In this document: piece by piece, positions 26,663-39,008 of the stretch
Position numbering within the stretch: position 1 is the first letter of the stretch
Layout: each line of letters begins with the position of its first letter
The notes under the pieces: model-generated
What the model was told of the DNA's origin: nothing
Database searches by the model: none
The model's input: only the letters and a program-made list of their open reading frames with translations
Program-made: the position numbers and the translations under genes
Origin: Kondoa subrosea
Lineage: Eukaryota
Assembly: GCA_039545335.1 (NCBI GenBank)
Contig: BCIN01000007.1
Span: 930,001-994,000 of the forward strand
Direction: 5' to 3'
Length of the DNA stretch: 64,000 nt

Positions 26663-28012
26663 ATGTTAGTTTGGCCTGGCTGTCTCTGAGCTATCTGCTG
26701 ACGCTGTGTAACCTTAGGTCTGACTCAAAGGTTACTGCTCCCGCTGTAACATTGGCTTAGGAATGGCGTTCTGACGTGTTTTTGCAGATTTACGTTGGAA
26801 ACCTTTCATGGAAGTAAGTCTCTCCTGTTGCTTTGCCTTTCAGTTATGCTGACTCCTCTGTGCCCTCCAGTACATCCGATGACAGCTTACGCCAAGGTCG
26901 ATAGCTTTCACAATCTCATACTCGCGTGCCATTCTGACGTTATTTCTACAGCTTTCAGGTAAGTCTTCGGAAGAAAGCATTACATTGGCTTTTGCCTGAC
27001 TTCTTGGATCTCAAGCAACTTTGGCAATGTTATTGACTGCAGTCCGTTATTTCAATGTTACAATTGCTCTTTTTCCTTATGCCAAGCGTGCTTTTTTTTG
27101 CCATTCTTGTGTTTTCAGTTGTCATGAAAGATGTAAATTACTCTTCGCCAGTGTTTGTGATTTGTCTTGGCTCTGGTTTTACTAAGAACTGCTTGTGTGC
27201 TCTCAGAGAGAAACTGGTCGATCTCGTGGTTTCGGTTTCGTCACCTTCTCTTCTCAAGGTGAAGCCGATACTGCCGTTCAACAAATGAACGACCAAGATC
27301 TCGTTCGTCATTCTTCTCTTATACAGGGTGTAGTTGCACTTCTTGTTCGTTTTGAGGCTCTTGGATGCTTTTTGCGTTTTTGATGTGTTACTGCACCCTA
27401 TTTAAATCTGGGAAAGAGGTTCTGATTATTGCTTTTGCTATCCTCTTCTTCTATCTGCTTCTACACTGCTGCTCTCCTTCGATGTGATGCTGCTACAACT
27501 CGATAATTTTGCCTGCGAACCAACATCGAAATGCTTGATCCAAACTCATCTACATCACTACTGCTACTCTCTACTGCTACATCTAATATTGGCTTGGCTC
27601 CATAGGGTATGTTTAGTGCATATCACAATCATCAGACTCTAAAACTTCCTTAGACGGTCGTCAAGTCCGCGTTAATGTCGCCAACCAAAGAGCCTCAGGA
27701 GGAGGAGGTGGTGGATTCGGCGGAGGAGGAGGAAGAGGAGGCTATGGCGGAGGCTATGGACAACAATCTGGAGGAGGTTATGGACAACAATCCGGAGGTT
27801 ATGGCCAACAGTCAGGAGGCTACGGACAGCAAGCTTCAGGAGGCTATGGACAACAGTCTGGTGGATATGGCCAGCAAGGTGGATATGGCCAGCAAGGCGG
27901 ATACCAGCAAGGTGGTCAAGGTGGCTAGTCAGTCTTTTCTCACCATGCAGCATCTCGCGAAAGCTGATATTGTGTTCCCTTTTTCTATTTAAGCGGAAAC
28001 CAAGGTTACTAG
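26663..28012 (+). CDS. Glycine-rich RNA-binding protein (single RRM plus GGYGQQ tail; GRP/CIRBP-like), built from microexons
   Basis: Spliced [52 protein letters not shown]...[16 protein letters not shown], showing RNP2 and RNP1, then a G/Y/Q tail ending YGNQGY*. Confidence 0.93.
27752..27925 (+). repeat. Coding GGYGQQ(S) imperfect tandem repeat (prion-like low-complexity tail)
   Basis: Repeated ggNtaYggNcaRcaR units of 18-24 nt. Confidence 0.85.
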
Positions 28013-28260
28013 AAGATTCTTTCAAGGCTCCCTTTTCAAAGCTTGAAGGTTTAATCGACTAGTTGTATTTCAAAAAAAGGAATTGCGCGCTTTTTCTCTT
28101 TATCTTATTGTTCTCTCGGAATCTGGTTACACAAGAATGAGTTTGGGGAGGTCTGGAATGTAAAACTTTTTCTGATTTACAAAGGGTTTTAACGGAACAC
28201 AAAGAGTTATGCTTCTTATTTATACAAATGCTATAGTTTACCGATTCATCACATCACAAC

Positions 28261-28510
28261 CTATTGTTGTTGCTGTGCCCAAGCTAGCTTTTGGGCGTTA
28301 CGTTTATGCCGATGATGTATGAACCATGGGATGCCAACTATGAGCGCCCCGGCGAGCGCGCAAAGGCTTGAGATTTGTCATGTCATGTCAGGCTAGTAAC
28401 AGCAATTAAGGAGGAAGAGCTAACACGGCAATCAAAGCTATACCAGTCTTGTTCAGACAGCGCCCATCAGGCAAAGATGGATCGTTCCATAGATCTCGGG
28501 ATTGATTCAT
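28261..28510 (-). CDS. Candidate 63-aa single-pass membrane microprotein (2 exons)
   Basis: MNQSRDLWNDPSLPDGRCLNKTGIALIAV|LCALAGALIVGIPWFIHHRHKRNAQKLAWAQQQQ* after removing a GT-AG intron at 28367-28424. Confidence 0.45.
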
Positions 28511-28741
28511 TGATTGAGTTTACGAGGCAAGACGGAGGAAAATCGAAAAGCCAATCTAATAACGCAGAGAAGAGATAAAGAGAGAAAAGAGAGCTATATT
28601 AGAAGATGCGAACTCTGGAAGAACAAAGGGGCTTGCGAGAGAGAGTTGGGAGAAGCGAGCTGAGGCATCTTGGACCCACTGAAAGCGAATGTATAAAGGA
28701 TAACATAGTTGAAGAAGGCACAGAATCAAGAGAAGCAAGAT

Positions 28742-30187
28742 TTACAAAATGCATGGAATACTGCTGAAACACCATTGTCAAGCAAGCTTAAGGCTGCCGA
28801 AAGGGCTGACTTACCGCTTGATATCTAGTACTGAGAAATGTTTATCATGCCTTGATCTCCTTCGTTTCAACCTCTTTCGCTCGCTTTTTCCCATAACAGT
28901 CCCTTTTGTGACCAGCTTTCCAATGCTTGAGTTGACACTCCTGCGAGCAGTACATAGCAGCGTGACATCTGACATGATCCGCCTTAGATTTTGGCCGAAT
29001 GGTATGGCTGGAAAGGCTTACAAGGAACAGTATTTGAATTGGTCGGCCACTGATTTCGTCTTTTCTATCCCTTCGTTGCTAGGATGCGGGCGGCAGTAGA
29101 AAGAGCAGCCTATGCAATATGTTTGGCATACAAAATCCACTCTGAGTTTGTTACGATTTGCATTCGATCTCTAGTTGTTGCTGTGCTTTCGAGTGCTGCC
29201 AAACGCTGCGCTTGCGCGCGATTGTCCGGATAAGAAGAAAACCCGAGGACGCTGGCCAATTCAATAATTATCGTATACAGCATTTGCAGACTCTCGGTTC
29301 TTCCGCGAGTTCCAGCCCAATTCCGCAAGTTGTCGAAACGTGCTAACCATACCTTCTTCTTGTTGGCAGATAGTTGTCGAAGTATGCTGTCACAGACCTC
29401 TGGTCTCTTGTAAATGCAACCTAAGACAGAATGAAGAAGGAGGACTGGCTCAAGCAGGCCTTGTGTATTGACGACGTTGATGTTTGGATCCGCCTTCGTT
29501 TTGCCCTTGCAAGCGAATTGCTCGTCAAAAGCGAAGAGAACGTGATCCACCGCTGCTTCCAATGCCATCCGAGCGTTGTCCGATTCCAAGCACTTGAGAA
29601 AATTGCTGCTAACGAGAAAATTTCTCATGTAACCCGAAATCATTTGCAACAATGTCAGAAAGAGTAATCGATCGTCCGCGCCATCAAATGAAGCTGTCAT
29701 TTCCGATTCCACACGCTCTTGAATAAAGTCAATAACGGGACTCGGATCGCTGCAGACAATCGTTTGCATAATGGCTTGTTGTAGGACGCTGGACATGATT
29801 TCGCTTCTGGGCAAGTCTTTGCAAGGTTTGATCAAAATGAGCAAATCGCACTCTACTATAGCCGCCAAATGTTTGGCTACGAATTCAGGCAGAGCCTCGA
29901 CCAAATGCGGTAAGAGGTGACCTGAATGACCGAGATCAACAGGAGCAGACATGAGATCTATAGTCAAGGGATCTGAGACACTGAGAACAGACAGCCTTGG
30001 AAGAAGACTGACCTTAGCTGGTCCAGCTTGCCAGTAGCTCTACACCAATGCGCTTTACGGCCTAATTCGTTTGCACACAGCTCTTGGAAAGGGAATATAA
30101 CAGATTGAGAGATGGCAGCGACTAGCTACTGATCGCCTGGGTAGACGAGACCAAGATCTCTTCCTCTGCGTTGTTGTCCCCTTGCAT
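28742..30187 (-). CDS. MYND-type zinc finger protein (spliced; start and one junction uncertain)
   Basis: Helical 285-aa ORF followed by exons giving CSFYC...FKYCSL|CHAAMYCSQECQLKHWKAGHKRDC. Confidence 0.7.
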
Positions 30188-30286
30188 CCAACAGAAGAAT
30201 CCCAATTGACGGGGCAGTGGACGGCCTAGCAGACTCGAATACTGCGTACTCCCACCACCCAAAGTATTCACGAGTCTTGGTTGATA

Positions 30287-32084
30287 ATGGCCAAGGAGCA
30301 CAATTATGCGATTATTGATTTATCGCCTTGCAAAGTTTATGCTGGTTTAGGCGTTTACGAGGTCATCAGACCACCGACGCACGTAAGATAATTGCTTACG
30401 GTACAACGAAAGCGTTCACGAGAGCGACATTCAGGCATTTTCTGCTCGAGTTGGTTTGAGAACGCAAGCAGCTTCAAGCTCGAGCAATGTATCGTGGAAA
30501 GATTATCTGGTTGGGCCTGCGTTGGATGAAGCAGAGCGGTTTGGAGAAGATCTGCATATTGTTTGGCCTTTGTCCGTAGGAGGAAGTCAGCCCTTGAGTC
30601 AAGCTGGCGACAAGACAGCATCAGTCGGAGGCATCAACGATTGGGTCGCTCTGGAAGCGCTACTGTCAGCGTCTTTCTCACAGAATCTACAAATCCACAA
30701 GCTGATGTCTTTCAAATTAGGCGCTACATACTATTCTCAGCTTTGGGCTTGCCAGCTCGACCTCTAGGCTTTCACATACTATTCGCAATGCAACCTGGTC
30801 TACCAAACACGACTAAAGAAGCCCTTACACAATTCTTCTTTGAAAGCCTGCATCTTTCGGCTTTCCTCATTGCAGATCGGCCAGTCGCGCAGCTGTTCGC
30901 ATGTGGAGCTGTGACGGGAGTCACAGTCGATGTCTTAGATAAGACTACAGAGATCGCTTTCGTCTACGAGAATATGGTACAAACAGTAGCAACTACTCGA
31001 GCACAAATAGGCGAACAAGATTTAGACAATTATCTCTGCTTCTTGATGCTTCAAGCCAACCCAAATCTACCTTCTGTCATCTCTCCATCTGGAACACTGA
31101 CTGCACCCGATCTCTGCACTGCTCTACTCCAAATCATTTCTTCCCTGAAACAACAATCCGCTATTCAATTCGCTTCTAAACTACTCAATCTCAACTTATC
31201 TTCCGACCTTCGCAATCAAGTATCTAACGAGGAAGAAGAAGAAGAAGGTATAACAGATGTAGCTCAAGCATTAGCAACTGGTAAAGCAGACAAAATCATT
31301 GCTCAAGCTAAAGCAGCCAAAGCTGGATTCGTCGAAACATCTTCTCAACCTTTGTCCAATCCGAACAATTGTCTTGTTCCACATCCTTTGATTAGTGGTC
31401 AAAGTATTGAAATTGGTCCAGAAAGACATCGATGGGCTGAACCGCTCTTCATGCCTTCCCTTTTACAACAAGTACCTACTTTTTCTGAAGGAGAAGAAGA
31501 AGGAAGGAAAGCAATGTATTCGGAAGAAGAAATGTTGAATAAAGCTGGAAGTGTTGCGGATTGCGTTTGGTCAGCTATGAGAATTGTGGATTATGCTTTA
31601 AGGAAATCGATATGGGAAAATGTGGTCGTTTCTGGTAATGCAAGTAAAGTGAAAGGTCTGTCAAATGCTCCTCCTTGCGCTGGCAAATCGCTCATGGGGA
31701 TGATCTGACAAACAGGCGTCTCAGCTGCTATCGTCCATTCTTTATCAAATTACCTTATTGATCCTTCCTCTGGTTCTGATTCTCAACCGAAAGCAATCAA
31801 GCTGCTGAAGCAGCCGGACTACTTCTCGGAATTCAAAGAGAGACCCGATCTGTCTGCATTCTTGGGTTCAACTATTCTAGCCAAATTGGCCTTTCAGAAT
31901 CAGGTAAAGTCGATATATGTGGACACAAAGCCATCGCTCATTTAAATTACAGGATGGAAAGCTCTTCTGCTCCAAAATAGACTACAATACAATGTGAGTT
32001 GTTTTCTGCTGTGCACTGACAGCCTCTAACTCGCATCGTAGGGGGCCGCATCTTATTCACCGACCAATTCCAAACGATGCATGA
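30287..32084 (+). CDS. Nuclear actin-related protein, Arp9-like
   Basis: MAKEHNYAIIDLSPCKVYAGLG, LTQFFFE...LFACGAVTGVTVDV, IGPERHRWAEPLF, IWENVVVSG, PDYFSEFK...AFLGSTILAK. Confidence 0.8.
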
Positions 32085-32149
32085 GGGTATTCTATGTATT
32101 CGCTGTTACAATATATATACAGATCCGGTACTACTTTGAGCTTGACAAA

Positions 32150-34604
32150 TTACTTCGCTACGTCTTCACCTTCTTCTCCCTCTGGCACTTCACTGTCAAC
32201 AATTTGCGGCAGGTTGTGCTTCTTCGGCTTCTTCTTCTTGCGCTTCGGCGCAGAAACTTCTTCTATAGGCTGCTTGACTATTAAAGTCCCGCCTGCTGCT
32301 TCTCCGCCTTCATTTGCGATACGAGCCTGCATTGTGAGTGTATACATCACATCTGTCATCTCTGTGTAAGCATGCTGCGAGTATTGCGGTTGTTCAAGGC
32401 AAACCTTGAAGTTGCTCTTTGAGGTCGCTCATCTGCCCAACTTCAGCTTGCGTGATTTGGCAAAGTCACAGAGTTACTCACCTCAACTCTCATCTTTGCG
32501 CTTTCTGCTTTGCTGTCCGCTAATTCTGCCCTCACCTGGACCATGTTTGCGGTCAATCCCTGAGTCTGCGCTTTCTCTACTTGTAACTCGTGCTGTAGCG
32601 ATCGAACGAGCTCTGACGACTTTTCTAACTTCTTCTCTAGACGAGCCTTCTCCTTCTCGTGAGACGGTATGACGCTCCTTTCCAGGTCTGAGACTCTTGC
32701 ATCTAAAGCTTCCTTCTCTGACTTCCAGCTGAACGATTCTTCCTTTGCTTCTCCTAATCGCTTCTCAACTTCTTTCCGTTGACTTCGGATCCTATCAGTC
32801 TGCTCTTCCGACTGCATTAAGCTAGAAGTAGTGATTGCCAAATCTTGTTTCAACTCTGATAATTTCGACACGTAATAAGCTCTTTGACTTTCCAGTTGAG
32901 AAGTAAGGAGGTGTGCAAATTCTTCTCCCATCCGTTCCATTTTTTCTTGAGCAGCGTTATCGGCATAATTTGGTCCAGCACCTCTATCCATTCTCAAACC
33001 CCAATCCGAACCATATTCGTTGGAGGTGGATCCGATGGAAGGTAATTCGACTAGTTTACCATCGTGTCTGTTTTGGATCAAGCGATGGACGTATGCATCG
33101 CCAGCATAATCCCAAACTCGTTGAGTCTCTAATTCCATTGCATAAAGGTGGAAAGATTGTTCATAGTGATCTGCTGCATGACCTCCAGCATATCGACCGC
33201 ATCCAACCTATGATATCTCAGCGAAACCTTCTATCAAACCAGATCAAAAGCCAAACGCACATGTCCGCAGATCAGACACATCCAAAGACTTTCTGTTGCG
33301 CCACATTCTTCACAAGCTGTTGGAGGCTGAGGTTCAGCTTCAAGAGGAGGTAAAGCACTTGCTGTGGTTGAGCGTTGTCGATTTTGCGAGTAGCGGCATA
33401 TCGGGCATTTTCCGCTGGCCCATTCTGTTCAGGTACGTTAGCTCGCCCGACAGAAGTAGTCAACTTAAGACTTACTGGAGAGGCAAGCACAATGGAAGGA
33501 ATGTTGACATGCGATGGTAATCAAGCCAGAAATTTGCGGGTCCATTCTTTCGAGACAAACTACGCAAGTAGGCAATTCGATTGACCCACTTCCTGGCATC
33601 GCAGGTGAGATTGCGCTGTCGGCTGAATCAGGCGACAATGGAAAGGTAAAAGGCGGGACAGTGGAAGAGCGGATATCGACTGAAGAGATTCGCAGGACTT
33701 GACAGATTTCGTCCTGATAGATCGCATAAGCCAGAGGTAGCTTTGAGGATTGAAACACATACATCCAGCATCGAGATGAAAGGCTTTCCGTTGAACGTCT
33801 CGAGGAAGAGTTGTGCTTCTTCTCGGGTCCTCAATTTCAGCAACGCCATACATCGATTAGGCATTTCATCTCTGTTCACAGGGTAGTTCAGGTATTGCAG
33901 ACAGCAATGGTGAAAATCCTTTACGAACCTGAGTATGCGTATTTGTTGAATGAAGTGAGCGCAGGGCTCCACAAAAACTAAGAAGTCGCTGATTGACATG
34001 ACCGGCTTCTTGATACATCAGCTCAAGCACATAGCCGTATCGAAAGACATACAGGAATGGCCAGAATCGCAAGCATGCAGCCATTGCCATGCACTAAAGT
34101 CGTCTCGTGATCTTCTTCATCAGGTGGTGCATACATGTTTGAGTCATCTTGATCTCTCAATAGATGTATGATACCGAATCCGGCATCAATCGTGCCACTT
34201 CTAGCAGAAGAAGGTGAAGCCATATCTTGCCAATCAAGAGAAATCTTGGAGAAACGGTAATCCAGCTGTCTAAGAGGAGCAAAGAGAGGACCAATGGAAA
34301 GCAAATGTCTTGGTTTGCGAGGAGAATGGAGGAGCGAGAGGAACTGCACAGGCGGACTCTTTGGTTCAAATGACAGCGCAGCAGGATTCAGCTGCACAGG
34401 TGTGTAAGGATCCGGAAGATTTGGCTCGCTGAAGTCGTTAAAGATAGCTCTGCGCAACACAGGTAGGTCCTCTTCCTTGATACGATGGTCTATTCTTTGA
34501 GGTAAGCCAGTGTCCGTTTCGCCTATGAAGGTCTTCTCTTGGGTCGCTCTTTGTTTTATGGCTAGTTGATGATCAAAGAGATTGATGATGATCCTATAAG
34601 GCAT
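32150..34604 (-). CDS. ETP1: BRAP2/Etp1-like E3 ligase (BRAP2, RING-H2, zf-UBP, coiled coil)
   Basis: [13 protein letters not shown]...[47 protein letters not shown] and [13 protein letters not shown]. Confidence 0.92.
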
Positions 34605-35040
34605 AGAGGATATCACTGGACGCCAGGTATCTGCCAAATTTTACATGACACGGTGGTTCGAAGGAAGTCTGATGGTCCCGCAATGCATGCGCTATGCAGG
34701 ATCTGTATATATTACACCTGACATAACACGAACGGACAGCTGTCTATTATATCAGACGGCAGTTTCGACCACCGCATGAATATGCTTTCTTCCTATTAGT
34801 CAGCAATATTAGAGAGCAAATGATTGCAGTAGTACTTAGGTGCTCACTGACATTCACCCTTCTGGGCCAGGAAGCTTTGATGTTTTGCGGCCTATTGAAC
34901 CAAACCCAAGTGATGCGCGATCCAGCTCAAGCGAAAGTAGGCGTGCTAGCTAATCATAAGTAGCAAGTCTTGAGCACAATCAGAATAGCTACTCGACGGA
35001 CTCACGTAGAGTAACACTTCTTCTCGGCCCATACTATCTC

Positions 35041-35824
35041 TCACTCCTTCTTATAACGGAATGTTAAGCTGACTCGCTTCCAACCTGGTCCGCGTCCTTT
35101 CGTCGATCTAGTAATCTCATGCTGCCATTTCCATCTCGAATCTCCTCTCATTACGCAAAGCGATCGGCCAGGAAGTGGCTAGGTCCTCGACATCACTACC
35201 ATACATATGTATGCACATGAACGAGAAACGCACCACATCGATTTTGCGACCAGTCTTCTTCGCAGCTGCAGCTTTTCCCGATCTCACAGATCCACCATCC
35301 GCTTCTACTAATTCATGAAATCGCATTGGACAACTTGAGAGTAAAGACAATCCCAAAACGGGTTCACCGAAAGAAAAGTTCTCAGTGTGAGCTGATATTC
35401 CCTGATTGTCGACATATTCATTGACTATACAGTATTGAGGTCTTTGATTCGAAGCACAGATGCCTTGTTCGATGAAGCAATCTAATATCCAATCCAGTTC
35501 AACAGGCATGGGATCGGCTTGCAGAGTGACTGGTTTAGCAGATCGATCTTTGTTAAAGAGACAGTAGGTTCCGCCAAAGTGTAAAGATCGCCTTTGCAAA
35601 TCGGTTCGCCATTGACAAGTACTCAGAAACCCCAAGATCTGTTGCTCCTCTTCGGCTGTAATGAATTGCTCGACAACAGAGAGACCCGGTACATTATTAC
35701 TTGCAGCGTCAGTACTAGAAGAAGCAGATTTCTGGCGCTTGGAAATTGGCGCAAAGAAGTCGGATTCGATAGAGACCGCCTTGCGTTTGAGCGATGGCAG
35801 CTTTGCTACTGGAGAGCTGGACAT
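35041..35824 (-). CDS. AlkB-like 2OG-Fe(II) dioxygenase (2 exons)
   Basis: FITAEEEQQIL, IVNEYVDNQGISAHTE, LSLLSSCPMRF, LPGRSLCVMRGDSRWKWQHEI and RVSLTFR. Confidence 0.85.
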
Positions 35825-36082
35825 CTTGAGTACTGACAATCAGATCAAAGCACTTCTAGCTGATGGTTTGCGGAAGAGCAGACTCGATTACTAAACAACT
35901 GGATACGGAAGATTGAGACGTGTAAAGAAAGCAAATGCTGAACAAGATATTATTAATACGTGCTGTGCGTGCTATGCCTTTGTGAATGTTCGTGTCCGTG
36001 AGAAAGTCCGTGAGTCATATTACCCCTAATCGTGCCGCCCTTCATTAAATAAATTTACGCTTGCAGTGTGGCTTCGCTAGTC

Positions 36083-37609
36083 TCACTGTCTACGTGGAAC
36101 TCTCCTTGATAGTCGAATTCTGGCTTGTTGTCGTCTTTGCCTTCGTATAGCGCTTCTTTCTTGAAGATCTTTACGCCAACTATGGTCCAACCAAAGAGGT
36201 AGCCGATACTGATAGATCAAATCAGTCCAGAGTGCATTCTTGCATCGATTGAATACGCACATCCAGATCAAGAACATAATGATGCCTATAATGTCAAGCC
36301 AACGAATCCCGCTGGCTCCTGCATTCTCTTGTAAAGCTTCTGCAATACTCCAAGTATCGATTATAATACCTGCAGAGAATGAATTAAAATCAGCGTACGA
36401 TTAAAGCTAGGGCATACCTGTTGTCGGGAAGATGAGAGACCAGTATGCACTAATCGATGGCTTGAATGATCCTTTCGGCCCTTTGACAGCTATGGCAAGC
36501 GACATTGTGCATGCAACAAGAAGACACCACCAAGCCCAGCCGTAAAAGAGAAGGCCCAGACCTTGAATATCTTTCTTTTAGCGATTTCACCGCAAGACTC
36601 TTAGAAAGGCTTACAAAGATTGATTAACTTGAACGTCCCAGATGCCGTATCTGTCACTAGTGCATCGTTCAACCTAGCTCGACCAGGTAAATAATCTCTT
36701 CCTATGCTCTTGCTATATTCGGCAAAGACTCGTTCTGAAGTAGCTCCAAGACCGAGAAAGCCACCACTGATGTAGGATGACATGCCAACGATCATGAATG
36801 GAGTGAGAGCGTATCTGCCGCGTGGAAGACCATTCATTGCTAAAGAGGTAAACCATAGTCCGCAGTACTAAACTTGGCTGTCAGGATCCCGCAAACGATG
36901 GAATTCGATGTACTCACGAAGATTGTCAACATCATTCCTAGTCCTAACATAATATATCCCGTCCACAATACATATATAGCTTGAGTAGCAGGCAAGATAT
37001 TGCAGATATTGTATGCTAAACTTGCTGTATATGTGACGACTGTAGGTAGGAGGAGCCAGCTAGGTGGCATATGCTGTAGATTTCCAGCCCGACTTGTCAG
37101 ACCAAAATGATTGATTGGCAGGGTTATGGAGAGGGAAAGGGCGAAGAAGAGTTGCATAAAGTACAGTACCAGCAGAACCGTATTGATCCATTTTCCGACA
37201 TGAGGAGGTCCATAAGCTGTTATTTCCACCATAGCTGTTGCGCAAGCTTGTGCGAAGGCGCAGACATAGCTGGATTCGATACTGCATATGCCAATCAAAG
37301 CTGATCCATTTAATCAAATGAGTCTACTCACGGATGCTTGAAAGAAGTCACCAAAGCTCGTGGGTACAGACAGTATCTTGCTATTATCGCAGCAGTAAAA
37401 ATGGCGAAAACAACCAGGTCGAAGATTACTACTATTCGTCCAATGATATCTATTGCCCCAAAGCGATATGCTGTCGGTACTCTTGCTAGCAGATAAGCAA
37501 ACCCAGCCGTTCCCATATTGATTGTAAAGAAGGAGAACGTAAAGCCTCGAAGGCGAGCTTTAAGCGAACTCCGATCTGTAGAGCTAGACAATCCATCTAA
37601 TTTGTACAT
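36083..37609 (-). CDS. SLAC1/TDT-family anion transporter (Mae1/Ssu1-like)
   Basis: RLRGFTFSFFTINMGTAG, SFKHP|IESSY, PSWLL and YWSLIFP motifs, with about 10 TM segments. Confidence 0.85.
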
Positions 37610-39008
37610 GGTACGTGTTGGATCTCAAGGCAGATCAACGCAGATCAGAGGGATGCCAGAGAGCCCGTTTGCACAGAGTGAAAGCCAGATTTTGCGACAG
37701 AAACTGTTGTTTTGTTGGATTTCACTGTTTTGGCCGTAAATGATATAGGTTGAAGATGCACAAAGAATGTATATGTAGGTATACTCGATCGACAAATTGT
37801 GGGACTAAAGATGGAGCAGATCGTGCAAGTTCAGGACAAGAGCCAGGGCGCGTCATCTAGAATTGCAAGCAACAAGTCTGCGATGGGCAATGTAGGCGTA
37901 GATATAGCACGATATAGCAATCAAGGTTCTGGCTGTAGGAGTCGCGAGCAGCTGCACAGTTCGAAGAGTCTGCGATTTCGAGTTGAGAATTGGGATGCGA
38001 GCATGTCTACTAGCGTCTGTGCGTCTGAAGCAAGCAGTGATATCGCTAGACAGGTAAATGGTGGTCGACGGTTGTGTAGGAAGAAGCGAAAATCTCGCAT
38101 ACTGATCGATACAATGACATGTGCTTGTGACACGAACGTGCGCAGTACGAACATAAATACTTTATCCATTTGCTTTCACCCTATCTCACCCTGTCTTGTA
38201 GCTGCCATCATATGCCATGTAGAAGTGTAGACTCCATGAATTGCAGGTTGATACAGCAGATTGAAGTGAGACAGAGTTTAGCATTTTCCCAATAATGCCC
38301 CCCGACAGCGAGGAGGGATGACGAGGCGCGCTTTTGCCTGCAGTCTTGCGATCAAGCAAGAGCCCTACATAAACACCCAGAGAAGGCTTTATTGCGATGT
38401 GAAATCACGGGCAAAGGCTTCTCCCAAAGAGGCAGAGGATTCGTGAGACTGACAATATCAGCAGCGAGGCGATGACTGCGAAGTATACTGATTGCCATCT
38501 AACAAACGCTTGGAAGGTCTCTTGAGTCTGAAGATGAATTGTTGAGACGCAATTTTGCGATGACCACACCCAGAACAGGGGCACAGCTTTCGATGATCGC
38601 AACGCCAAGAGGCTGGTATCAAATGTGCTGGACATCAAGCAAAGGATCATAAAGGAAAGCATCCAAGGCGGAGTCATTTGAACATATTAGCATTTGCAGG
38701 CAGAGACGTCCATTTCAAGTCATCAGAAAGGCCACGAGAGCCGAGCCGAGCAAGTGCGAGCTTTAGGATAGTGCGAGCGATTGTATGAACCCGCTGTTCG
38801 CACTCTTCCTTTGGAATTTCACTCAGTTTGATTTCTGTCGTTCTGTCCGGCATCCTGCTTCTGCAGATGCTGTCGTGCGAGGTCGATGGGTATAGCAAGG
38901 CCTTGATATACGCAGAAGAGGTTTTACCCAAGCAGAAGTCACGGCTCGGGAAAAGCTATGAACAGCTTGGCCTCTCTCGGCTTGTCTGTCCACGACATGG
39001 TGACCTGA

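Noticed and set aside
27303..27605. Intronic snoRNA or TPP riboswitch in the long RRM intron
   Set aside because: No well-formed C/D or H/ACA box arrangement. TPP-like fragments (GCCTGCG, GATAAT) lack the CTGAGA core in the right order.
27675..27992. Independent acidic protein ORF
   Set aside because: It is a shifted frame of the Gly-rich exon, considered only as a possible splice isoform.
34700..35030. Possible tiny spliced gene (MGREEVLLY...) after the AlkB stop
   Set aside because: Intron-like signals exist, but no convincing reading frame could be assembled.
37740..39000. Several 65-143 aa ORFs between the TDT transporter and GT71 genes
   Set aside because: No motifs and no consistent strand or splice pattern.
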